The notes: a model not told the origin generated them from the sequence alone. A stretch of DNA of 32,000 nucleotides from Nitrososphaera viennensis EN76 (GCF_000698785.1 NZ_CP007536.1:2100001-2132000), one strand, 5' to 3'. Shown: positions 16,796-25,976, numbered from the stretch's first letter. Program-made: numbers and translations.

Positions 16796-17185
16796 GTGGC
16801 CGGCGCGGACAGCTTTGCAGTAGAGCAGGGCAAGGGCGAAAAGGCAGTAGCCTGGATGAACGAGTACGCAAAAAAGAACAACATCAAGTTCGAGGCCCGG
16901 CTGAAACAAGGCCACACGATGTCGACGACCAAGTTCGGCGGCTTTGAGTTCATCTCGTGGAAGGGCGAGTGGCCGGCCGCGCGCAACATCATCAAGAGGG
17001 CAAGCGGCAAGCTGGGCGTCAAGACCCTCGAGTCAGGCTACCATGAAAAGAAGGACCTTCTTGCGTCGATGTTTGGCTCAAGCTCCGAGTTTGCCAAGGT
17101 CTATTCAAACGGCAACTTGGTGGGGCAGCTAGAGATGTCGCTAAAGGGGGGCAGGTGGGTCGTCAAGAACGAAGTGTTCTCATGA
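16796..17185 (+). CDS. hypothetical protein
   Basis: 129-aa ORF (GTG start, or Met21 giving MNEYAKKNNIKFE...). Protein-like composition. No motif recognised. Confidence 0.5.
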   Translation: MAGADSFAVEQGKGEKAVAWMNEYAKKNNIKFEARLKQGHTMSTTKFGGFEFISWKGEWPAARNIIKRASGKLGVKTLESGYHEKKDLLASMFGSSSEFAKVYSNGNLVGQLEMSLKGGRWVVKNEVFS

Positions 17186-18328
17186 TCTCTTGTTGTTGTT
17201 GGCAAAGTAGATCTTTTTCATTTCCTGCACCCATTTGTCCTTCTTGGCATAGATCTCTTTTTGCTTCCTTGGCTTGCACACCGAAAGCGCGTACGAGCAC
17301 AGCAGCGGGAAATACACAGACGAGTCGCCGTACACGATGACGTTTCCGCGGTGCGACGTCTTGATCTTGCCCCAGCTCTTGCCCTCCTGCAGGGTGGCGC
17401 CGGAAAGGCCGCCGGTGTCCGGCCTTGCGTCGGTTATCTGGATCAAATAGTCCTGCCCGCCCTCCTTTATCTTCAATATCTGGTACAGCGCCGGCCCTGT
17501 CTGCTGGAAAAAGTTTTTCGGCACGCCGCCTCCAAGCTCCAGCCCGCCGGATTTCTTGCTCTTCCACAGTATGGCCGCGGATTCTGCAACGTCAAGTATC
17601 GTGTTCGGGAAAACGCCCTTGCCTTCGAGCAAGAGCGGGAGCATGTTGAGGCCGATTGACGAATCTCCTATCGCCGGCATGTAAACGGGCACCTTGTGCT
17701 CGTACGCCTTCACTAGGAACGACTTGTCTGGGTGTTTCGCGTTCTCTTTTGCGGCCTTGCCGAGCGCGTACGCAATGTCGGCGGTGGACGCGTTCTTGGG
17801 TATCTCCTCCGACCGCTCTGCAATGTCCTTCTGGACAAGGAGATCTTGAGCCTGCAAAGTCTCCATTTCCTTGATGTAAACGTCATAGATGCGGACGATC
17901 TGCCTTGCATAGAGCACGTCGTCGTCGACATCAAAATGGCCCTGCTTTACAGGCAGGCCGTATGCAAAGTGCAGGTCGTGGTACACGTTTGCGCCCGTCG
18001 CCACTATCCAGTCTATGAACCCTGCCTCGATCATCTCGGATATCGCCTTGCCCATGCCTATCGGCGTCATGGCGCCGGCAAGCGTCAGGCAGACGGTAGA
18101 GCCGGTGTCTATCATGTCCTGCAGTATCTCGGCGGCCTCTGCAAGCCTCCTTGCGTTGTAGCCGGTCGAGCCGTAGAACTTTATCAAATCAGGAACGGTC
18201 ATGTTTGGAGAGACTGTCGGCGGGTCTATCTTGCGCCCGGAAAATGTGTGTCTTGGGTCGCTGTCATGGCCGCCGTGATGGTGGTGATGATTATGATGGT
18301 GGTCGTGGCTGTCGTCGTGGTCGTGCAC
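17180..18328 (-). CDS. deoxyhypusine synthase family protein (divergent paralogue) with a His-rich N-terminus
   Basis: DHS-like blocks TLAGAMTPIG, LELGGGVPKNF and GGLSGATLQEGKSWGK. Start set at the GTG at 18328 because a TTTTTTAAAT box is centred about 29 nt upstream (leaderless geometry). This gives an N-terminus of (M)HDHDDSHDHHHNHHHHHGGHDSD. Confidence 0.8.
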   Translation of the reverse strand: MHDHDDSHDHHHNHHHHHGGHDSDPRHTFSGRKIDPPTVSPNMTVPDLIKFYGSTGYNARRLAEAAEILQDMIDTGSTVCLTLAGAMTPIGMGKAISEMIEAGFIDWIVATGANVYHDLHFAYGLPVKQGHFDVDDDVLYARQIVRIYDVYIKEMETLQAQDLLVQKDIAERSEEIPKNASTADIAYALGKAAKENAKHPDKSFLVKAYEHKVPVYMPAIGDSSIGLNMLPLLLEGKGVFPNTILDVAESAAILWKSKKSGGLELGGGVPKNFFQQTGPALYQILKIKEGGQDYLIQITDARPDTGGLSGATLQEGKSWGKIKTSHRGNVIVYGDSSVYFPLLCSYALSVCKPRKQKEIYAKKDKWVQEMKKIYFANNNKRS

Positions 18329-18351
18329 CCTTTTGTTAGAAAAGCACCTCC

Positions 18352-18362
18352 ATTTAAAAAAT
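18352..18362 (-). promoter_or_regulatory. TATA-like box for the minus-strand DHS paralogue
   Basis: + strand ATTTAAAAAAT, centred about 29 nt from the GTG at 18328. Confidence 0.4.
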
Positions 18363-18400
18363 TCTGTTCTGTGCGGCTCGCATTTTTCTATGCGCAGGAC

Positions 18401-18412
18401 ATTTTTATTATA
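18401..18412 (+). promoter_or_regulatory. TATA-like box for the plus-strand DHS gene
   Basis: ATTTTTATTATA, centred about 29 nt upstream of the ATG at 18435. Confidence 0.4.
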
Positions 18413-18434
18413 GCGCGCCCTGTACGGCGCTGTA

Positions 18435-19406
18435 ATGGCCGGCAAGAAAAACAAGGGAGATGACGACCTGCTGCACAGCGCAGTAAAGGATCACGCTATT
18501 TCCAGAGATTCTGACGTGAACTCGATATTTGCAAGCATGGCAAGCTCGGGCGGCTTTGAGTCGCGCAACCTCGCAGACGGAGTCGACATCCTGAAAAGGA
18601 TGATAATAGACGAGCCAAAGTGCACCAAGTTCCTGTCCTTTGTGGCCGCGCTGATGTCCACCGGGGCCCGTGGAATCGTCCGGGACATGCTGAAGAACAG
18701 GATGTTTGACGTCGTCATAACGACGTGCGGTGCGCTCGACCACGACATCGCAAGGTCGTACGACAAGTACTATGCCGGCGACTTTCGCATGGACGACATG
18801 ACGCTCTTGAAAAAGAAGGTCCACCGCCTCGGCAACGTGCTCGTGCCAATGACCGCCTACGGCCCGCTCATCGAGGAAAAGGTGCAGAAATGCCTGAGCG
18901 ACATGTACAAGGCAGGCCACCGCGACGTGTCGACCTATGAAATAGCCGACTATATCGGTAGCACGCTGGGCGAGTCGTCGTTTCTGTACTGGGCCCACAA
19001 GAACAAGATACCGGTTATAGTGCCGGGAATAGTCGACGGCGCAGTCGGGAGCCAGATATGGCTGTTCAACCAGCAGCACAAGGATTTCAAGCTCAACCTG
19101 CTAAAGGACGAGACAAAGCTTTCAGACATGGTGTTTGGCGCCGAGAAATCCGGCGCCTTCATGATAGGAGGCGGGATATCAAAGCACCACACGCTCTGGT
19201 GGAACCAGTATCGCGGAGGCCTCGACTATGCCGTTTACATCACGACGGCGCCAGAGTGGGACGGGAGCCTGTCGGGCGCGCTCGTGGCAGAGGCAATATC
19301 GTGGGGCAAGGTCACGACAAAGGCAAGGCAGACTACCATCCACGGAGAAGCCTCGACGCTGCTGCCGTTCATCTACGCAGCGCTTGCGGCGGCAGCACGC
19401 CGCTAG
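18435..19406 (+). CDS. dys: deoxyhypusine synthase
   Basis: 323 aa with FMIGGGISKHH (catalytic Lys region) and EWDGSLSGALVAEAISWGK. Length is typical of archaeal DHS. Confidence 0.9.
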   Translation: MAGKKNKGDDDLLHSAVKDHAISRDSDVNSIFASMASSGGFESRNLADGVDILKRMIIDEPKCTKFLSFVAALMSTGARGIVRDMLKNRMFDVVITTCGALDHDIARSYDKYYAGDFRMDDMTLLKKKVHRLGNVLVPMTAYGPLIEEKVQKCLSDMYKAGHRDVSTYEIADYIGSTLGESSFLYWAHKNKIPVIVPGIVDGAVGSQIWLFNQQHKDFKLNLLKDETKLSDMVFGAEKSGAFMIGGGISKHHTLWWNQYRGGLDYAVYITTAPEWDGSLSGALVAEAISWGKVTTKARQTTIHGEASTLLPFIYAALAAAARR

Positions 19407-19792
19407 CCTTCCGCACCGTAAAACGCGCTCGACCTGATGACAAGACCGTCGCCTGAAAACTGGAACTTTTCCACCACGAGCGTTTTTTGGCCGTTCAGTA
19501 AAGAGACGTACTCGAAAAAGCACTCCTTGTTGTCATCATTTATCGCAAAGGCTAATGGAGTGAAATGCAGCTCTTGGTGCTTTTGCAGCGCAAGCGACCA
19601 GTATCGTTCTAACTCTTTTTTGCCCTTTACCCTGCCCTCGCTTTTCTCCGGCATCACCACCCTGATCTTGGGGCTTGTGAACTCGATGTCGTCGGAATAC
19701 ATGGCGAGGATTGCCGCAAGGTCGCGGCTGTTCCACGCCCTGACCCACCTGTCAATGTGCTCACGCGCAAACTCCTCTGAAATTCCCAACAT
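19403..19792 (-). CDS. SnoaL-like / NTF2-fold protein
   Basis: 129 aa. The N-terminal REHIDRWVRAWNSRDLAAILAMYSDDIEF is the canonical SnoaL/NTF2-like opening. Confidence 0.75.
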   Translation of the reverse strand: MLGISEEFAREHIDRWVRAWNSRDLAAILAMYSDDIEFTSPKIRVVMPEKSEGRVKGKKELERYWSLALQKHQELHFTPLAFAINDDNKECFFEYVSLLNGQKTLVVEKFQFSGDGLVIRSSAFYGAEG

Positions 19793-19869
19793 CCAAAATT
19801 TACTGCAAGAGCCGTATTAAACATGCCGGAAACGATTATTATTACGGCTCGCAAACCAGCAAGCACCGC

Positions 19870-20664
19870 TTGGAACTGGAAGAAGAAGACACGCTGCGGC
19901 ACTTGCTTGCCGCCGGCAGACAGGCCGCAAGACTGCTGAAGGACAACTTTGGCGACTCGACAACCTACAACGTTTCAGTAAAACACGATCGCTCGCTCGT
20001 GACCAGGGTGGACGGCGAGTCGCAGGAGCTCATAATGTCGTACCTGGAAAAGCAGTTTCCTGGCATCCCCTTTGTCGCCGAAGAGCAGGACAGGCAGGTC
20101 AACGCCGGCGTGAAAAAGGACGGCTATTATTTCGTCATAGACCCGCTTGACGGCACTGCAAGCTTTGTAATAGGCATCCCGTTCTTTTGCACGTCTGTTG
20201 CGCTCTGCAAGGGCACGCAGACACTGGCCGGCGTCCTTGTAGACCCGAACCACAACGAAGAGTTTACCGCGATCTCTGGCAAGGGCGCGTTTTTGAACGG
20301 CGGCAGGATATCCGTTACAAAGAGGCGCAACATCGAAGAGCTGTACCTGAACGTGAACCACACCAAGTTCGACCAGCACAGGTTTGAGCGCATCAACGCA
20401 AACATCCTGAAAAAGATAAAGCGCTTCCACAAGCTCGGGAGCCTGTGCCTTGAGGTCGCGTACGTCGCCTCCGGCCGGCTCGACGGCACGATAAACAACG
20501 ACCTGTCGATGTGGGACATTGCAGCCGCCGGCCTGATTCTTGAGGAGGCGGGCGGCAGGTGGACGCTCCTTGACGGGGGCAAGCCTGCGTTTCCAGTGTT
20601 TGAAAAGCTGGACATCGTGGCCACAAACGGCCTGATTCACGACGACATCCTGAAAGCTCTCTAG
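19870..20664 (+). CDS. suhB: inositol monophosphatase family protein (IMPase/FBPase type)
   Basis: Motifs FVAEEQ, VIDPLDGT and WDIAAAGLILEEAGG. TTG start. Confidence 0.88.
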   Translation: MELEEEDTLRHLLAAGRQAARLLKDNFGDSTTYNVSVKHDRSLVTRVDGESQELIMSYLEKQFPGIPFVAEEQDRQVNAGVKKDGYYFVIDPLDGTASFVIGIPFFCTSVALCKGTQTLAGVLVDPNHNEEFTAISGKGAFLNGGRISVTKRRNIEELYLNVNHTKFDQHRFERINANILKKIKRFHKLGSLCLEVAYVASGRLDGTINNDLSMWDIAAAGLILEEAGGRWTLLDGGKPAFPVFEKLDIVATNGLIHDDILKAL

Positions 20665-23426
20665 CGGGGCACTATTTTTACGGAAATCACCCTTGCGTCG
20701 TCAGGGTTTACGATCTGATCGCTGTTATCTCTGTCGCCGCCCACGGTCGGCTTGCTCGCGATCTTGTCCACGACGTCCATCCCCTCTATCACGCGCCCAA
20801 AGGCGGTGTACTGGCCGTCAAGGGCCATCCTTATCTGTTCGTTGTCATCGAGCACGATGAAGAACTGCGAGCCGGCGCTGTTGGGGTCGTCGGCCGTCCT
20901 TGCCATCGACAGTATGCCCCTGTTGTGAGGAATGTCGGTGAACTCTGCATCTACTGTGGTGCCTGGGCCGCCGGTTCCCCACGTGCTCCTGTCGGCAGTC
21001 GCATTCTTGGTGTTCGGGTCTCCGCCCTGTATCACAAAGCCGGGAACGAGCCTGTGGAATGCCGTGCCATCGTAAAAGCCCTCGTTGGCAAGCTGGATAA
21101 AGTTGTCAACGGTCTTTGGGGCCGCCTTGGGGAAGAACTCTGCCTTTATCACGCCCTGTGAAGTGGTTATCTCGGCTACCTGCGGGCCCGGCGTCATGTC
21201 TGCCAGGGTCGCGCTTGTCGGGTTGTACGGGTCACGCGTTGGGTGCGGCACATAGTCCTTGTTGACCTTGTATATCAGGACGCCTGTCACGATGCCACTG
21301 CTGTCATCGTTAAAGCTTGGCGACGCGTACACAAGGTGGAACGGCTGGCCCGGGTCGCCATCGGCGGGATACTTGACGTTCTTTGTGTAAAGTTGTACCA
21401 GGCCCGGCTTGTACGTTTTCTCGACGTTGCCAATACCGTTTGGCGTTAACGCCACATAATTGCCCGGCTCGTAGGGTACAAGCTTGCCAAGGAGCGTGTT
21501 TGTCCAGAACGCGGGCTTGGGCGTAAAGCCGTCGCTCTCGATGTATTTTGAAGTGTCATAGCCTGCAATCCTGATTATCCAGTTCTTTTTGCTCTCCTCT
21601 CCGCCCTGCCCGAGGGTGTAAATTGGCACATTCACGTCGGTAGAGTTGCCGCCCGGCGTGCCGTCAAACTGGTGCTGGCCTACGACATAGACCACAACAT
21701 AGTCGGCTTTCAGGTCCTGTGCTATCTTTATGCCTGACTGCTCGTCGCCGGAGAACATCTTGGCTATGGACTCGATGCGGGTCTGGTTTATGGTGGCGTT
21801 GTCTGCAATCGTGGTGCGGTTGCCGAGCGTGGTTATCCAGTAGCCATAGTCCCACCACGACGCAATGACCGCGTCCTTCTCGGTGTTCTCAGCTATCCAC
21901 TGTGTCGCGTCTATCCAGTCCGTGCTCGTGGTCCTGAACACCGTGCCGCCGTTTCCGATGGCGGTAGGCACGTCGACAGCCTGCACCCAGTTGGAGTTTG
22001 GTGGGTAGAACACGGGGATGAGAAGCATTGCTATTATGACGCCCACGTAGGCCATCTTGACCGCCTTGCCCATTGGCTGCTTTGCCGCCGCTTCTCTGCG
22101 CTTGCCCTTTTGCGGGCCGGATGCCTGCGCTTCTCTGTGCTCAAGGATGCTTCTTGTTATCTCAAAGAGGCCGATGCTGGCAAGAACTATAATGCCTATC
22201 GACGCAAACACTAGCAGGCGGGCAAACGTGGCGCTCACGTACACGCCCGTGATGCCTATTATCAGAGCAAACACTGCCGTGTCGTTGCGCCTCTGGAACG
22301 CCATCCACGCGCCAAAGCCTGCAAACATCAGCAGGATAGAAAAGTCGACGAAATAGTCTGCAATCGTGGGGGTGAGGTGCTCTGCCACCGATTCTACCAG
22401 CGCGTTCTGCGACGATGTAAACGGATTGATGGCGTTGAGGTACCTGAAGCTGGGCGAAATGTACGAGCCTGTGGCTATCAGGCCGATTCCGCCGGCTATA
22501 AAGGCGATCAGCAGGAACGCCATGTTGCGCTGCCTCGCGCGCTCGTTGTCCTTGCTTATCCTGCCGACAAAGTTGGCAGCGACGAGGAAGACGGTGGACC
22601 CCATCATGGCTATGCCCGGCAGGCCTGCAACAAACGACATTCCCGGCCTCGGAAATGCTGCTGCAGAAATGAGCGTAAATACCGTAAAGGCGACTGCGAC
22701 GTACATCGGTATCGTCAGGTCGCGCCTGAAAAAGGGAAGCGCAAGGAAGAACAGCGCTATCGGTATGCTGAAATACTGTATGCCGCCCCACGAGGCGTTT
22801 GCAAGGCCGAGGATAAGTCCGCCGAGCACCGCCTTTGGTATGGCATACTTGATCTCCTTGTGCTTGATGGCAGAGATGAACAGGTATGCCGCCAAAAGGC
22901 CAAAGAACAGGCCGAGAGGCTCTGACTTGAACCAGCCGAGGTTGCCCCTGAGGATGATGGGCGGGCTGAGCGCAAACAGGAGCGACGCAAAGAGCCCTGC
23001 AGTCGTGCCGGCAAGGACGCGCACGAGCGCAAAGACGATGATTACCGTGAGCGAGCCCATTACAACAGGAAACATTATGGTAAAGTCCATGAGAGACCCG
23101 CCGGCTCCAAACATGGAGTACATTATCGCCGCAGTCACGTGCAACCCGGACTGCGAGGTGGCGGGGATGTTGCGCCCCTCCGGGTACCACGACATGGTGT
23201 CGTGCCACTTCCAGTAGGCGTCAAGGCCGTTGTCAAGGATGTATTTCGTGGCCCTGTAGTCGAAATACGGGTCAAACTCGTTGAGGTACGCGCCGTACTT
23301 TATCGGGTACGACCTCATGATGACTGCCGACGAAAAGGCCATCGCAAGGACGGCTACGATGAGAAGGTGTTTTGCCTGGAATTCAAAAGAGCCGACTCTG
23401 AACAGCGACTTGCCTCCTTGCAACAT
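20661..23426 (-). CDS. aglB: oligosaccharyltransferase AglB/STT3 fused to a C-terminal cyclophilin-type peptidyl-prolyl isomerase
   Basis: 921 aa in one ORF. It has a multi-span N-terminal membrane domain and the WWDYGYW motif (about 21841..21870). The last 172 aa (20664..21179) carry FHRLVPGFVIQGGDP and GILSMARTADDPNSAGSQFFIVL, which are cyclophilin signatures. Confidence 0.9.
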   Translation of the reverse strand: MLQGGKSLFRVGSFEFQAKHLLIVAVLAMAFSSAVIMRSYPIKYGAYLNEFDPYFDYRATKYILDNGLDAYWKWHDTMSWYPEGRNIPATSQSGLHVTAAIMYSMFGAGGSLMDFTIMFPVVMGSLTVIIVFALVRVLAGTTAGLFASLLFALSPPIILRGNLGWFKSEPLGLFFGLLAAYLFISAIKHKEIKYAIPKAVLGGLILGLANASWGGIQYFSIPIALFFLALPFFRRDLTIPMYVAVAFTVFTLISAAAFPRPGMSFVAGLPGIAMMGSTVFLVAANFVGRISKDNERARQRNMAFLLIAFIAGGIGLIATGSYISPSFRYLNAINPFTSSQNALVESVAEHLTPTIADYFVDFSILLMFAGFGAWMAFQRRNDTAVFALIIGITGVYVSATFARLLVFASIGIIVLASIGLFEITRSILEHREAQASGPQKGKRREAAAKQPMGKAVKMAYVGVIIAMLLIPVFYPPNSNWVQAVDVPTAIGNGGTVFRTTSTDWIDATQWIAENTEKDAVIASWWDYGYWITTLGNRTTIADNATINQTRIESIAKMFSGDEQSGIKIAQDLKADYVVVYVVGQHQFDGTPGGNSTDVNVPIYTLGQGGEESKKNWIIRIAGYDTSKYIESDGFTPKPAFWTNTLLGKLVPYEPGNYVALTPNGIGNVEKTYKPGLVQLYTKNVKYPADGDPGQPFHLVYASPSFNDDSSGIVTGVLIYKVNKDYVPHPTRDPYNPTSATLADMTPGPQVAEITTSQGVIKAEFFPKAAPKTVDNFIQLANEGFYDGTAFHRLVPGFVIQGGDPNTKNATADRSTWGTGGPGTTVDAEFTDIPHNRGILSMARTADDPNSAGSQFFIVLDDNEQIRMALDGQYTAFGRVIEGMDVVDKIASKPTVGGDRDNSDQIVNPDDARVISVKIVPR

Positions 23427-23476
23427 ATATTGCCGTTTGTGGAGCCTTTACCTCTTTTTTAAGGTACTGTCCGTCC

Positions 23477-23566
23477 TGGCTTTGTGCAAAAAGTCAGAAG
23501 TTGAGCGTGGGAATCTTGAACTTATGATACTGATTGAGCGTGGCTAAGTCACTTTTTAAACAAAGC
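23477..23566. repeat. composite intergenic element: imperfect inverted repeat enclosing two TTGAGCGTGG direct repeats
   Basis: GGCTTTGTGCAAAAAGTC (23478..23495) pairs with CACTTTTTAAACAAAGCC (23549..23566) at 15/18 positions. TTGAGCGTGG occurs at 23501..23510 and 23534..23543. The left arm also matches 1059..1081. Confidence 0.55.
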
Positions 23567-23574
23567 CGTCCGTC

Positions 23575-24228
23575 CTATTCCTGCTCCAGTATCTCCACGG
23601 GGCAGGCCCTGACAAGCTCCTTAAAGCGCGCGGCGTCTTTCCTGGAGCCGACGATTGACGCATAATGCATCGGGATCGCAAGCATCTTCGGCTTTATCTT
23701 TTCGTTGACCGCCCTTGCGGCTTCGTCTGCCGTCATGACGTACGTGCCAGAGACAGGCACCAGCGCGATGTCCGGGTGCACCTGCGACATCTCTGGTATG
23801 TCGTCGGCGTCGCCGGCGTGGTAGACGCGCATGCCCCCAAGCGTCATCACGTAGCCGACCTTCTTGTCGGCCTTTGGGTGGAACGTCTTGTTGGTGTTGT
23901 ACGCCGCGACCGCTTCAACCTGCACTCCCTGAACGGTCACCCTGTCGCCAGGGGCCACAAGACTTGTCGCAAGCCCGAGCGGCTTTAGCTGCTCCGCGCA
24001 TTCCCTGGCGGCGACTATGTCGGTCTTTTTGCCCACGACCTGCTTTATGTCGTCCATGCTCAGGTGGTCAAAGTGGTTGTGGGTTATCATGACAATGTCC
24101 GCGTCGTTTTTCCCGTGCTGCGCCTTGGACAGCTGGTACGGGTCTATGTAGATGGTCTTGCCGCCGGCGACAATCCTGTAGCCGTCGTGGCCAAGCCAGT
24201 GAAACTTTATCCCCTTGTAATCAAGCAT
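23575..24228 (-). CDS. MBL-fold metallo-hydrolase (UPF0173-like)
   Basis: 217 aa with the HNHFDH metal-binding motif and later D/H ligands. Confidence 0.85.
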   Translation of the reverse strand: MLDYKGIKFHWLGHDGYRIVAGGKTIYIDPYQLSKAQHGKNDADIVMITHNHFDHLSMDDIKQVVGKKTDIVAARECAEQLKPLGLATSLVAPGDRVTVQGVQVEAVAAYNTNKTFHPKADKKVGYVMTLGGMRVYHAGDADDIPEMSQVHPDIALVPVSGTYVMTADEAARAVNEKIKPKMLAIPMHYASIVGSRKDAARFKELVRACPVEILEQE

Positions 24229-24262
24229 AAGAAAGTCTCGCCTGAAATTTATTTAAGGTTTC

Positions 24263-24652
24263 TCAGCCGAGGTTCGGGTTTGCCACGACAAGCCTGTCGC
24301 GGCTCAATGTCAGCACAAGCACCTGGTTTGCGATAAGGCGCCTGCGCAGGTTGGTGTCTATGGTCGCCACCGCGCACTTGTTCTCAGTCGCGTACTCGAC
24401 AATAGCGTCGTCTACGTGCGCGGCCTCTGGGACCTGCACCTGCTTGAATTTTGCGCCGACGACTTCGATCGCGGTCTTGGCCATCATGGCGCGCTTTGGC
24501 CCCGCTTTTTCTGCAAGCCTCCTCAACTCGTCAACGACTATCTCTGGCACGATAAAGTCGAGCCGGCCAAACTCGTGCTCCACCCTGTCTATGTATTTTA
24601 TCGGCTTTTCCACTAGGACCATGAGGAAGCTTGTGTCGCAGAGGACCTGCAT
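24263..24652 (-). CDS. PIN-domain ribonuclease (Fcf1/COG1412-like)
   Basis: N-terminal acidic residue in VLCDTSFL and C-terminal VATIDTNLRRRL. It lies immediately downstream of eIF2-gamma, as I recall is common in archaea. Confidence 0.8.
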   Translation of the reverse strand: MQVLCDTSFLMVLVEKPIKYIDRVEHEFGRLDFIVPEIVVDELRRLAEKAGPKRAMMAKTAIEVVGAKFKQVQVPEAAHVDDAIVEYATENKCAVATIDTNLRRRLIANQVLVLTLSRDRLVVANPNLG

Positions 24653-24659
24653 AGTGATT

Positions 24660-25922
24660 CTAGACCGCTATCCCGGACCCGATGAGGCGCCACCTTTCTG
24701 CGATCCTGCGGCTGACGGCGACCCTGCTCTTTGGCATCAGGCACACCGGCTTTTTCAGCTTCACTTCCATCTTGCCGTCGCGAACACTGGTAACGGTGCC
24801 GACTGCCGCCGCGGTGCCGATGTTGAGCCTGAGCGGCTCCTTTGCCTTTATCGGCTCGACCTTGACCATGTCCTGCGTGCCAACCGCCGTGTCAAAGAGG
24901 TGCGTCTCTACCGTCACGTCCTCGACGTCCTTTGGAAGCGTCCCGGGCCTGCCGATGACAGAGCCTATCAGAGAATCGCTCTTTGTGTACGTCGGGTCAA
25001 GCTTCGTCCCGATGGCGACGAGGCCGCCCGGCTTGACGTTGTCCACCAGTCCGGCGCCCGTCCCAAGCGTGGAAATCACAGAGGTTATGGGCTCGTACCT
25101 GTTCTTCTTTTCGTCCATGAGCCCCGGCCTTATCTCGATCTCGTCGCCGACAGAAAACTCGCCCTGTACCAGAGCGCCTCCGAGGATCCCGCCCTTGACC
25201 TGCTTTATCGGCGCACCCGGCTTGTTGATGTCAAACGAGCGCAGCGCGTGCATTATCGGCGGGACGTCCTTGAGCCTCTTGGGCGTCTTGATGTTTGTTT
25301 CAATAGCTTCGATGAGCGAGTCGATGTTGAGCCGGTGCTGCGCAGACACCGGCACGATGGGCGCCTTGTCGGCGATGCTCCCCTTTACAAAGTCCTTTAT
25401 CTGCTTGTAGTTGTCCATCGCTTCGTCATAGGTGGTGAGGTCGGCCTTGTTCTGAACTAGGACGAGCTGCTGTATGCCAAGGACGGAAAGCGCAAGGAGG
25501 TGCTCGCGGGTCTGCGGCTGCGGCACCTTTTCGTTTGCCGCCATGACTAGAATCGCGCCGTCCATTAGGGCGGCGCCGGAAAGCATGTTTGCCATCAATG
25601 ATTCATGTCCGGGCGAGTCGACAAAACTCACGACGCGCAAAAGTTCCGCTTTTCCGCCGCATCCCTCGCAGGTCGGCTGCGTCCCGTAGCACTGCGGAGG
25701 CTCGCACCCCGAGCACTTGTAAAACGCCGCGTCTGCATAACCCACCTTGATTGTAATGCCGCGCCTGAGCTCCTCGCTGTGGGCGCTTGTCCACACGCCT
25801 GTGATGGCTTCTACGAGCGTGGTCTTGCCGTGGTCCACGTGGCCCGACGTGCCAATGTTAACGCTCGGCTGGTACCCAAATTCCTTTATGTACCAGTCCG
25901 GCAGTGTCTCTTTCCAGTGCAA
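24660..25922 (-). CDS. eif2g: translation initiation factor 2 subunit gamma
   Basis: G1 motif GHVDHGKTT, zinc-knuckle region CSGCEPPQCYGTQPTCEGCG, NKADL. 420 aa. Confidence 0.96.
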   Translation of the reverse strand: MHWKETLPDWYIKEFGYQPSVNIGTSGHVDHGKTTLVEAITGVWTSAHSEELRRGITIKVGYADAAFYKCSGCEPPQCYGTQPTCEGCGGKAELLRVVSFVDSPGHESLMANMLSGAALMDGAILVMAANEKVPQPQTREHLLALSVLGIQQLVLVQNKADLTTYDEAMDNYKQIKDFVKGSIADKAPIVPVSAQHRLNIDSLIEAIETNIKTPKRLKDVPPIMHALRSFDINKPGAPIKQVKGGILGGALVQGEFSVGDEIEIRPGLMDEKKNRYEPITSVISTLGTGAGLVDNVKPGGLVAIGTKLDPTYTKSDSLIGSVIGRPGTLPKDVEDVTVETHLFDTAVGTQDMVKVEPIKAKEPLRLNIGTAAAVGTVTSVRDGKMEVKLKKPVCLMPKSRVAVSRRIAERWRLIGSGIAV

Positions 25923-25976
25923 TTGATATCTACCGTTTAATTCTCTCTGATATTAAGGTAAGGAAGGAGTAAAAAA

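Noticed and set aside
22162-23217. 348-aa minus-strand and 283-aa/182-aa plus-strand ORFs inside the aglB region
   Set aside because: They are off-frame or antisense to the 921-aa AglB ORF, which has the WWDYGYW motif and transmembrane pattern. The alternative products are R/H/C-rich nonsense-like sequences.
24351-25460. 369-aa + strand ORF
   Set aside because: It lies antisense to eIF2-gamma and the PIN gene, both of which carry unambiguous motifs. Its composition is R/L/A/V-rich and shadow-like.
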